From Candidatus Cloacimonadota bacterium (GTDB lineage: Bacteria > Cloacimonadota > Cloacimonadia > Cloacimonadales > WRIO01): DNA of 11,687 nt. The stretch is from positions 1-11,687 of the forward strand of contig JAKQQL010000109.1 of the NCBI GenBank assembly GCA_029564175.1. The letters are read 5' to 3'. The notes below the pieces were generated by a model that was not told the DNA's origin, did not search any database, and was given only the letters and a program-made list of their open reading frames with translations. Position numbers and translations under genes: made by a program. Each line of letters starts with the position of its first letter. The first letter of the stretch is position 1. Positions 1-7,575 of this stretch are shown one piece after another.

Positions 1-1
1 A

Positions 2-127
2 ACTATTCAGCATGTGGACAGAATTCTGGTCATGCATAAGGGAGAAATTGTGGAAGAAGGTTCTCATCAGGAATTACTGCAAAAAGAAGGGCTGTATTAC
101 GATCTGTACCGATTGCAATATACATAA
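2..127 (+). CDS. C-terminal fragment of ABC exporter ATP-binding/permease protein (MsbA/Sav1866-like), 5'-truncated by window edge
   Basis: Frame 2 reads [41 protein letters not shown] (TAA 125-127), matching the conserved tail after the H-loop (HRLSTI..AD.I.V...G.IVE.G.H.ELL...G.Y..LY..Q). Not in the ORF track. Confidence 0.9.
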   Translation, partial: TIQHVDRILVMHKGEIVEEGSHQELLQKEGLYYDLYRLQYT

Positions 128-147
128 AGCAAGATTGATATAATTAG

Positions 148-184
148 AACGGATTGATACAAGTCGTTATCAATCCGTTTTTTT
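148..184 (+). terminator. Intrinsic terminator of the ABC exporter gene
   Basis: Perfect 12-bp stem AACGGATTGATA (148-159) / TATCAATCCGTT (168-179), 8-nt loop, followed by a T run to 184, 20 nt after the stop codon. Confidence 0.88.
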
Positions 185-296
185 ATTACTTAGTTTGTTA
201 TTTTTATTTTAGATAATCTCATAATTTGGGAAATAAGCATTTAAACTATATTTGATCAGATATTTTCTTGTAAAAGGAATTAAAAGATTAGTCGAT

Positions 297-325
297 AAAA
301 AAAAGCCTGTGACTTGCACAGGCTT
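297..325 (-). terminator. Intrinsic terminator of the DUF2807 gene
   Basis: Stem AAGCCTGTG (303-311) / CACAGGCTT (317-325), 5-nt loop, with A8 at 297-304 giving a U tract on the minus strand, about 20 nt downstream of the stop at 347. Confidence 0.88.
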
Positions 326-346
326 AGGAAGATTGCAGGGGACAAA

Positions 347-1087
347 TTATTCGATTCGGCTGATGCTGCCTAAACCATTGATTTCTTTATGTACTTTTGG
401 ATTTCCCATGTATTCGATAGATCCAAGACCTCCGATATATGCATCTAATTCAGTCTCTGCATAAAGACTGATACTGCCAAGTCCATCATTTTCTGCTCTA
501 CATTTATAAGCCTTAAGATTTTGAGTGTCTATACTGCCAACACCATTAAGATAAAGAGCAAGCGTATTCGTTTTTCCACTTAACTCAACTGACCCAGTAC
601 CATTGACGGCACTATGGATGTGATTGAAATCGAGTTTTGATAATTCAATAGAGCCTACTCCATTCAGTTCTATTTTTAATCTGTTTCCATTTATTGGTCT
701 TATATTTTGCATAGACGCAACACCATTAATTTTGATTTCTTTGATTTCTTTTAAGTTTAAATTGACTTCTATTTCACTATCTTTAAACATATTTACTTTT
801 TTCTTGCCCTTTTTGTGTTCAATGTAAAGGCGGTTGCCTTCAATATAAACATTCAGCTCATTTTTACGCTTCCCTTTGATGCTCAGCTTAGGTGTGTTAC
901 TTTGTTCGATATTAACCGTATAAGTTCCTGTCAATTCCACTTCGTTAACTGATAGTAATTCAGGTATCGCTTTGTTGCTCTCCTGTACCGTTTTTTCTTC
1001 TTCTGTTTTGTTGTTTTGTGCCAATAAATTCAAGGAAAATAGCAGGATAGCAATCAGGCTGATGATGATAGCGTATCTTTTCAACAT
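347..1087 (-). CDS. Exported head GIN domain (DUF2807) beta-helical protein, putative adhesin-like
   Basis: N-terminal signal peptide (MLKRYAIIISLIAILLFSLNLLA); recurring (N/D/G)G(V/T/L)GS(I/V) turns roughly every 19 aa; C-terminal 'GSIEYMGNP.V...I.G.GSI' typical of DUF2807; GGAGG Shine-Dalgarno at 1093-1097 (minus). Confidence 0.85.
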   Translation of the reverse strand: MLKRYAIIISLIAILLFSLNLLAQNNKTEEEKTVQESNKAIPELLSVNEVELTGTYTVNIEQSNTPKLSIKGKRKNELNVYIEGNRLYIEHKKGKKKVNMFKDSEIEVNLNLKEIKEIKINGVASMQNIRPINGNRLKIELNGVGSIELSKLDFNHIHSAVNGTGSVELSGKTNTLALYLNGVGSIDTQNLKAYKCRAENDGLGSISLYAETELDAYIGGLGSIEYMGNPKVHKEINGLGSISRIE

Positions 1088-1316
1088 CTTAACCTCCCTT
1101 TTTATGATTTTATTTTGATTTTTTTTAAAAGAGCCAGATTCAAATTTGTTAAGAATTCTTGTTATTTTTATATTGCATTTTAGGTACCAATTTAAGAGAG
1201 ATGTATAAGTATATGAAAAATAGATAAATAAGAAAAATGTAAAAAATCAGATTATTGCAATAATGATATTGTCAAATATCTTTTTGATAATGTCTTGAAA
1301 AATCATAAAAAACTAC

Positions 1317-1344
1317 TTGACATTTGTCTTGAAAAGTTTAGATT
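1317..1344 (+). promoter_or_regulatory. Putative sigma70 promoter for the lipoprotein-ruvX-mltG cluster
   Basis: TTGACA (1317-1322), 16 nt, TAGATT (1339-1344); ATG 1351 follows after 6 nt. Confidence 0.65.
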
Positions 1345-1350
1345 AGAATT

Positions 1351-1926
1351 ATGAAAGTATTAAGATGGATATTGATAAATTTACTCATTATCGTATCAGG
1401 ATGTGATGTGTTTAGTCCAAGAGATGCTGAAAATCCTGAACAGCCAGCGGCATGGCATACTTTTCAGGTAACTCCTGCAAAAACTTTGGAGAATCTGGTA
1501 TATGCTTACAATTACCGTGAGAATGTGTATAATTATACTAACCTTTTTTTTGATACGTTCTATTTCTATTTTGATAATCAGGATGCTTCGGATTTCTCAA
1601 TTCCTTCTTATTGGACAAAAAGTAGTGAAATTGATATGTTGATGAATACATGGCAACGGATTAACCCAGGTTCTTCAATGGAACTGACATTGACTCCAAT
1701 CCCTTCACAAGGTGATAATATTCAAACAAATCGTGCCTGGTTTTTTCGTACCTATCAGTTGACAATCGCTCATTCATTAACAGATATCCCCACTTTGTTT
1801 ACAGGAAAATTTCAGATTTATATGGAAAAAGATAATAATGGATTTTGGAAAATAAAAGAATGGTATGATTACCGGTTAACTTCCAGTTGGACATGGGGAA
1901 GGATGAAAAATGAATTTTCTTTATAA
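1351..1926 (+). CDS. Uncharacterised lipoprotein, probable NTF2-like fold (paralog 1)
   Basis: Lipoprotein signal MKVLRWILINLLIIVSG-C; motifs TP..TLENL.YAYN, F.FYFD, GFWKIKEWYD. The fold call is inferred from the helix/F.F/W.I..W pattern. Confidence 0.7.
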   Translation: MKVLRWILINLLIIVSGCDVFSPRDAENPEQPAAWHTFQVTPAKTLENLVYAYNYRENVYNYTNLFFDTFYFYFDNQDASDFSIPSYWTKSSEIDMLMNTWQRINPGSSMELTLTPIPSQGDNIQTNRAWFFRTYQLTIAHSLTDIPTLFTGKFQIYMEKDNNGFWKIKEWYDYRLTSSWTWGRMKNEFSL

Positions 1927-2479
1927 GTATCGCATACTTTTGATTGTTTTTCTGAGTCTTTTCATTTTTTCCTGTGAAAATCCATTTAATCCGGGTATCA
2001 CTATCAAACCAAACGATCCAATTACAAATGGTTATCCGCCAAATTCGCCAGACAATGTGCTTAGGAATTTATCTCTGGCTTATAATCAAAAAGATATTGA
2101 TTTATACAAATCCTGTTTATCTAAATCATTTCGATTTCAGATTATTGGATCTGATGTTCAAACAATTGGTGTGGATTGGTGGGGATTTGAACAAGAAGTA
2201 GAATATCATACGAATTTGTTTTCAAAAGGGTCCAGTAATGGCCTATTCAATTCGCCGGACAATATCTTGTTAAATTTGGAAATTCCACCTCAAACTACAT
2301 GGATTAACGATAATCAGATAGGTCATGAAAATTGGATTATCATTTCTTGTCCTTTCTTTTTACATTTGTATTATAACGATACTACAGATATTTCTGCAAC
2401 TGGATATGCCCGTTTTTATTTGAAACAGGAAGATGGGCGCTGGGTGATTGCCATTTGGGTAGATGAATCGATTGTATAG
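1910..2479 (+). CDS. Uncharacterised lipoprotein, probable NTF2-like fold (paralog 2)
   Basis: Lipoprotein signal ...VFLSLFIFS-C; motifs SP..VLRNLSLAYNQKDIDLY...L...FRF, GRWVIAIWVDES; overlaps upstream gene by 17 nt, GGGGAAGG at 1895-1902 as RBS. Confidence 0.7.
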   Translation: MNFLYKYRILLIVFLSLFIFSCENPFNPGITIKPNDPITNGYPPNSPDNVLRNLSLAYNQKDIDLYKSCLSKSFRFQIIGSDVQTIGVDWWGFEQEVEYHTNLFSKGSSNGLFNSPDNILLNLEIPPQTTWINDNQIGHENWIIISCPFFLHLYYNDTTDISATGYARFYLKQEDGRWVIAIWVDESIV

Positions 2480-2547
2480 TTTTATCGGACGTCATTTCGT
2501 ACTTCAATTAATGAAATATATGGACTAAATCAAAAACAGAAAGAATT

Positions 2548-2967
2548 ATGTATAGAATTTTAGCAATAGACTATGGACAAAAAAATATTGGATTAGCATT
2601 AAGTGATCCAATGAGATTGTTTTCAAAACCTTTTAAAACAATTAATAACAATGGGATTGAATTCATTATTACAGAACTTTGCGAGATCATCAGATCTCAA
2701 AGTGTTGGAAAGATTGTGTTGGGCTTACCGTTGAGTGTTGCGGGCTTGGATACTCAGAAAACAAATGAAGTAAGAGAATTTTATGAAGCTTTGGCTAAAC
2801 GTGTAGATGTCCCCGTTATTTTATGGGATGAACGTTATACAACGGCTGACGCTAAAGAAATTCTGATCAAGAAGGGACTGAGTATCAGAGATAGTAAGAA
2901 GGTAATTGATCAAACGGCTGCTGCACTGATTTTAAAAAGTTATTTAGAAGGAAACAAAGATGCGTAA
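2548..2967 (+). CDS. ruvX: Holliday junction resolvase-like / pre-16S rRNA nuclease RuvX (YqgF)
   Basis: Signature motifs RILAIDYGQKNIGLALSDP, VLGLP, WDERYTT, IDQTAAALILKSYL; 139 aa; adjacent to mltG as is common. Confidence 0.96.
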   Translation: MYRILAIDYGQKNIGLALSDPMRLFSKPFKTINNNGIEFIITELCEIIRSQSVGKIVLGLPLSVAGLDTQKTNEVREFYEALAKRVDVPVILWDERYTTADAKEILIKKGLSIRDSKKVIDQTAAALILKSYLEGNKDA

Positions 2968-3940
2968 AACCATTTATATTACAATGTTTGTTGTTTTAGG
3001 TATTATGATGGCGATAATAAGTAATATATTAACTTCTCCTTTGAATATTAATCAAAAAATCATAGATATTAATGAAGGACAGTCTGCACGTTCTATCGCC
3101 AAAGTGTTGTATAAAGAAGGGGTCATTCGTTCTGAAAGTGCATTTTATATTTTGGTCAGACTGACTAACAATGATAAAAAACTAAAACAAGGTGCTTATC
3201 TTTTTAATGGTAAAATGAATATGCTCAGTGCGATGCAAAAAATAATCAGTGGAGAAATACTTGTCCAAAGAGTAACTATACCTGAAGGCTTGTCTCTTTA
3301 CAAAACGATACGGATACTTAGTGACAAAGGGATTGGTAATTATGACCGATTTCTGGAGTTGGCTGAGGATAATCAGTTTATTAAGAGTGTCAGTGGTTTT
3401 GAGATAGAAACACTTGAGGGTTTTTTATATCCAGACACATACGCCTTTAATAAAAATAATAGCGAAGAAATTATTCTGGAAAAAATGGTTCAGAATTTAT
3501 TTAACAGACTTCGTAAAAATCAGATCAATTTTGATGATAAAAAGGAGTTTTACAGAATTTTGAAGCTGGCATCCATTGTTGAAAAAGAAGCTGTATTTCC
3601 AGAAGAAAAACCCCTGATTGCCAGTGTTTATCAAAACCGATTGAACAATAATATGCTACTTCAGGCTGATCCTACTTCAACCTATCATTTGGAAGCAGAC
3701 GGTGTTCATAAAAGTAAACTATATTATAAAGATGTGAGAAAAAACACACCTCATAACACTTATACTAACCCAGGATTACCCCCAACACCTATATGTTCGC
3801 CTTCAATCAGTGCTATTCAAGCAAGTATTCGACCTGCAAATACCAATTATCTGTTTTTCTTTGCAACCCCTGAAAAAAGACATATTTTTACAACCTCTTA
3901 TGCTGAACATTTAAAAAAACAGAAACAGATGAAAAGCTGA
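2960..3940 (+). CDS. mltG: Endolytic transglycosylase MltG (YceG family)
   Basis: N-terminal TM anchor; VTIPEG, LEGFLYPDTY, LASIVEKEA (catalytic Glu), IASVYQNRL, LQADPT, NTY..PGLPPTPICSP; 8-nt overlap with ruvX. Confidence 0.96.
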   Translation: MRKTIYITMFVVLGIMMAIISNILTSPLNINQKIIDINEGQSARSIAKVLYKEGVIRSESAFYILVRLTNNDKKLKQGAYLFNGKMNMLSAMQKIISGEILVQRVTIPEGLSLYKTIRILSDKGIGNYDRFLELAEDNQFIKSVSGFEIETLEGFLYPDTYAFNKNNSEEIILEKMVQNLFNRLRKNQINFDDKKEFYRILKLASIVEKEAVFPEEKPLIASVYQNRLNNNMLLQADPTSTYHLEADGVHKSKLYYKDVRKNTPHNTYTNPGLPPTPICSPSISAIQASIRPANTNYLFFFATPEKRHIFTTSYAEHLKKQKQMKS

Positions 3941-3941
3941 T

Positions 3942-4550
3942 ATGAAATTGCTTATTTTAAGACACGGTGAAGCTGAACATTTACTTGAAAACTGGAATAA
4001 AAAAATTAGTTATCAAGCTTTTGTGGATAATATCTATCGATGGGAAGATGTGCATTTAACTGAAAAAGGGATCCGGCAGTGTAAAAAAGTTGCAGAAAAG
4101 CTGATTGGTCAATATGATGTGATATTCTCAAGTCCTTTAGAAAGAACCAAAGAAACAACTCATTATGTGAACATATCAAACAGAACTGTTCATTTTGAAG
4201 AAGAACTAAAGGAAATATTAATTACTCCTCCGCAATTTTTGAAACACTTTATGTTTTCAATTAATGTTTGGATATTTTTTTGTATTTTAAAATCATTGTG
4301 TGACGGATCAGCATTTTCTATAATCAGACAGATAAAGGAACTTTATCATCTTTTTTATATGTCTGGAGAAAAAAATATACTAATTGTTTCTCATTCTGCA
4401 AGGATTCATGCCTTGTTGTTATATGCTGTGTTAAGCAGTCTTTGGAAAGTGAAGAAAAAGGATATTAGTCCTTGTGGGCTTTCAATTGTGGAGTTTTCAC
4501 TTGAGATAGAACCGCTTAAGCAGAAAAAAACGATTATGAATGATTTATAA
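3942..4550 (+). CDS. Histidine phosphatase superfamily (phosphoglycerate mutase-like) protein
   Basis: LILRHGE N-terminal catalytic motif, LTEKGIRQ, SSPLERTKET, ELKEI, ILIVSH second His; starts 1 nt after the mltG stop. Confidence 0.9.
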   Translation: MKLLILRHGEAEHLLENWNKKISYQAFVDNIYRWEDVHLTEKGIRQCKKVAEKLIGQYDVIFSSPLERTKETTHYVNISNRTVHFEEELKEILITPPQFLKHFMFSINVWIFFCILKSLCDGSAFSIIRQIKELYHLFYMSGEKNILIVSHSARIHALLLYAVLSSLWKVKKKDISPCGLSIVEFSLEIEPLKQKKTIMNDL

Positions 4551-4669
4551 AGGTTTTAAATCGCTTAAAAATCGAAGATACTTACCTGTCATTTATTCTT
4601 TTTAAGATTCACTTGACTTTAAAGCTCACTTACAAGAAATTAGTCAAAATGAGAGATAAGAGGTGGCAG

Positions 4670-6373
4670 ATGAAAAAGAAGATACCTTATGGCATTAGCA
4701 ATTTTCAGAGATTGATTGATGAAGATTATTACTATGTTGACAAGACACAGTATATTGAAGTATTAGAAAACTTTAATGAACCCTATATTTTTTGCCTCAG
4801 ACCTCGCCGGTTTGGGAAATCTCTTTTTATATCTGTTCTGGAACATTATTATGACAAGAATAAGCGTAATCTATTTGACTCTCTTTTTAAAGATTTATAT
4901 ATTGGCAATCATCCCACCCCTTTGAAGAATAGTTATTCTGTCCTGTCTTTTGATTTTAGTGGCATCAGTATTCAAAATGAAACAGATATTGAGCAGGCAT
5001 TTAATCAGAATGTGCATAGCACGCTTAAAGAATTTATCAAAAAGAATAATTTAGATTTTGATGTTGATATCAGTATGCCTGCTGCGACTCAACTTCATAG
5101 TTTTCTAAAAGAACTGAATACCGCAATAGACACAAAACTCTATGTCCTCATAGATGAATATGACCACTTTACCAGTGAGTTACTGAGCTATAAACAAGAG
5201 ATGTTTGAGACTATTGTGGCAAAGAGTGACTTCTTTCGTAAATTCTTTGAAGTACTTAAAATAGGTACTAAAACCCTCATTGACAGAATGTTTATCACAG
5301 GGGTCAACCCATTTACGCTGGATAGTCTGACTTCCGGTTTTAATATTGGTTCTGATTTAACACTGCATGAAAAGCTCAATGAGATATTAGGATTCACAGA
5401 AGAAGAAATATTGACTATTTTTAAAATCTGGGATATTGATGCCCAACGCGTTAATGAGACCCTTCCCATTATGAAAAAGAACTATAATGGGTATTTGTTT
5501 GCTGATGATGCCTCTACAAGAATTTATAACAGCGATATGGTTTTGTATTATCTCAAAGATTTCTTAAGTACAGGAAAACCGCCAAAAGAGCTCATTGATG
5601 AAAACATTGCAACCAGTTATTACAAGATTCGCCAGTATATTCATCTTGGTAATCTTGAAGATAATTTGAAGGTAGTCAATGATATTCTTGAAGGGCATAA
5701 TGTCTATGTCTCTCTGACCAGGAAATTTGACTTGGGACAGCATTTTTCAACCAGTGATCTTAAATCTTTATTTTTCTATATGGGTTTGTTAACGATTGTT
5801 GATTCCAGTTTAGGCGTTTATGAAATGGCCGTACCGAATTATGTGATAAAAGAGCTCTATTTTGTTTTTTTTAATGAGTTAAGCGAAAAAGAAGGACAAT
5901 ACAGACTGGATACCCTTGATATTCAGTTAGCCATGATGAAATTAGCTAAAGCAGGTGATATTACTTCACTGGTGAAATTAACCGAAACAACCCTGCATAA
6001 GCTCTCTAATCGGGATTTCATCCGCTTTGATGAAAAATATGTGAAACTGATTTTCCTCACTTATTGCTTCCTCAGTAAAATGTATTATGTCAAATCAGAA
6101 TACGAAGTAGCTGATGGTTATATTGATATTGCCTTACTACCCAATGATATTGTCAAACCGCCCTATCATGCCATTATTGAGTTGAAATACCTCAAACAGG
6201 AAGGCTATACAGAAGATCTGTTGAAACAAAAGATAGAAGAATCAAAAACCCAGCTGGCAAAATACAATCAAGCCGAAGAACTTAGTTCTCTCAGCAATCT
6301 GTTGAAATTCATCATCATCTTCAGAGGAGATGAATGTGTGTATAGCCAGCAATGGGAAGAATCTCCCAGTTGA
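4670..6373 (+). CDS. AAA-ATPase-like domain protein with C-terminal PD-(D/E)XK nuclease (PF09820 + PF08011-type architecture)
   Basis: Family start MKKKIPYGISNF...YYVDKT; Walker A RPRRFGKS (4799-4822); Walker B LIDEYD (5147-5164); FITGV, YNGYLF, IYNSDMVLYY, VPNYVIK; nuclease SE...GYIDI...IELKY (6095-6190). Start moved from 4613 to ATG 4670, preceded by AAGAGGTGG at 4658-4666. Confidence 0.9.
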   Translation: MKKKIPYGISNFQRLIDEDYYYVDKTQYIEVLENFNEPYIFCLRPRRFGKSLFISVLEHYYDKNKRNLFDSLFKDLYIGNHPTPLKNSYSVLSFDFSGISIQNETDIEQAFNQNVHSTLKEFIKKNNLDFDVDISMPAATQLHSFLKELNTAIDTKLYVLIDEYDHFTSELLSYKQEMFETIVAKSDFFRKFFEVLKIGTKTLIDRMFITGVNPFTLDSLTSGFNIGSDLTLHEKLNEILGFTEEEILTIFKIWDIDAQRVNETLPIMKKNYNGYLFADDASTRIYNSDMVLYYLKDFLSTGKPPKELIDENIATSYYKIRQYIHLGNLEDNLKVVNDILEGHNVYVSLTRKFDLGQHFSTSDLKSLFFYMGLLTIVDSSLGVYEMAVPNYVIKELYFVFFNELSEKEGQYRLDTLDIQLAMMKLAKAGDITSLVKLTETTLHKLSNRDFIRFDEKYVKLIFLTYCFLSKMYYVKSEYEVADGYIDIALLPNDIVKPPYHAIIELKYLKQEGYTEDLLKQKIEESKTQLAKYNQAEELSSLSNLLKFIIIFRGDECVYSQQWEESPS

Positions 6374-6454
6374 TTAATCTCTTTTGGTTTTTATTCTCTA
6401 TTGTATCGTTTTAAGAAACTTTTTAAAAATTTTAAATGAATTGTAATTTATTAC

Positions 6455-6482
6455 TTGACAAATTTATTTTATTTCGCATCAT
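6455..6482 (+). promoter_or_regulatory. Putative sigma70 promoter for the MCE-TPR genes
   Basis: TTGACA (6455-6460), 16 nt, CATCAT (6477-6482); AT-rich upstream; GAGGT RBS at 6491-6495. Confidence 0.5.
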
Positions 6483-6501
6483 ATGACTAAGAGGTTGAGA
6501 A

Positions 6502-7572
6502 ATGAACTATAAATTCAAATATACAGGTCGTATCGTTGGGTTTTTCGTGTTTATTGCTGTGTTAATTTTAGGAATTACGTTTTTTTCTATTGCTGTAAAC
6601 CGAAAAATATTTATCAAGAAATTTACGTTTAAGACCGTCTTTAATGATGCGGTAGGGCTTTCTACCAAAACACCGGTTATTTTTAAGGGATTCGAAATTG
6701 GCGAGATCAAATCTTTTAATCTGAATGACCAGAATCTGATTGATGCTGAATTCATCGTTTATGAACCGTATCGCAACAAGATTGTACACAATTCTGTTTT
6801 ACGTAAGAATATCAATCCCATTTCAGGGAAAAGCTCGATTGAATTGATACAGGGACCCAATTTAAAACTTATCAATCAGGAAAATGACATGGTGCCGGAG
6901 CTTACTACAGCATTGGGAAAAGTCTATCTGACAAAGAGTAATATCACAGTTTCCAATGATATGATGTCCTCTATTTTAAGTAATGTCAATCAGTTTATCT
7001 CTAATCTGAACCAGGATAACAATCAGGATCAGGGCTCTGTATTCCGAACGCTCTATCATATTGCTAACGCATCTCAGGATCTTGAAAAAATTCTTAAAAA
7101 GACAAATGAAACCATTAGTAAACTAAATCGAGATTATGTTGAAAATGATGGAGAACTATTTAAAACGCTCTATCAGGTTGCTGAAATTGCAAAAAAAATC
7201 AATGACACTGCCGATTTAGTCAACGAAACCGTCAAATCTGCAAATCTGATGATTAAAGAATATTCTGATCCCAATGGACTGGCTGTCAAATTAATTGACC
7301 CTCAGCAAAAAAATATTATTCAGCCAATTAAACAAATTCTGGATAATCTAAATCAAAATATGTTGGAAGTTAATAAATTACTTAAATACCTGGAATCTCA
7401 AAGTCCGGAGATCAGCTCGGTTATTCTTGAAACTCAATCGACTCTCAACTCTGCTCAAAAAACCATTGAAGGGCTCAACAATAATCCGTTGATCAGAGGG
7501 GGTATTGAAAACTCTAAAACAGATACTAAAAGTAACAGTAATGAACGTCCAAATGAAATCCCGAAAGAGTAA
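6502..7572 (+). CDS. MlaD/MCE family protein with long helical C-terminal region
   Basis: N-terminal TM (IVGFFVFIAVLILGITFFSIAV); MCE motif F.DAVGLS..TPVIFKGFEIGEIKS; G...IELIQG; about 200 aa of amphipathic helical sequence ending LNNNPLIRGG. Confidence 0.9.
   Translation: MNYKFKYTGRIVGFFVFIAVLILGITFFSIAVNRKIFIKKFTFKTVFNDAVGLSTKTPVIFKGFEIGEIKSFNLNDQNLIDAEFIVYEPYRNKIVHNSVLRKNINPISGKSSIELIQGPNLKLINQENDMVPELTTALGKVYLTKSNITVSNDMMSSILSNVNQFISNLNQDNNQDQGSVFRTLYHIANASQDLEKILKKTNETISKLNRDYVENDGELFKTLYQVAEIAKKINDTADLVNETVKSANLMIKEYSDPNGLAVKLIDPQQKNIIQPIKQILDNLNQNMLEVNKLLKYLESQSPEISSVILETQSTLNSAQKTIEGLNNNPLIRGGIENSKTDTKSNSNERPNEIPKE
7006..7239 (+). repeat. Diverged 117-bp (39-aa) tandem duplication inside the MCE gene
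   Basis: Units 7006-7122 and 7123-7239 share 12/39 identical residues; AACGCTCTATCA occurs at 7047 and 7164, AAYGAAACC at 7105 and 7222, both exactly 117 nt apart. Confidence 0.75.
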
Positions 7573-7575
7573 TCT

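Noticed and set aside
185..296. About 110-nt spacer between two convergent terminators, considered as a small RNA; also ORF 252..464
   Set aside because: Very AT-rich, no stable structure or promoter seen; the ORF has a TTG start, no RBS, crosses a terminator and runs antisense to DUF2807.
1249..1275. Minus-strand TTGACA-N15-TAATCT as promoter for the DUF2807 gene
   Set aside because: 15-nt spacer and about 160 nt from the start codon; possible but too weak to list as a feature.
2480..2547. Weak hairpin (ATTTC...GAAAT) in the gap before ruvX
   Set aside because: Only 5 AT-rich pairs, no U tract; no support for a terminator or RNA element.
3902..3983. 12-bp direct repeat GCTGAACATTTA at 3902 and 3972 spanning the mltG/phosphatase junction (both encode AEHL in frame)
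   Set aside because: Recombination would fuse the genes but delete the RHG catalytic motif; no mobile element lies between the copies; chance is a sufficient explanation.
4613..4669. ORF-track TTG start at 4613, and TTGACT-N23-AGTCAA inverted repeat
   Set aside because: Family N-terminus and RBS point to ATG 4670. TTGACT may be a -35 but has no convincing -10, and the inverted repeat is only 6 bp.
4551..6501. Terminal inverted repeats or target-site duplication around the ATPase-nuclease gene
   Set aside because: Only low-complexity TTTAAGA/TTTAAA matches in the flanks; no transposase or integrase, so not called a mobile element.
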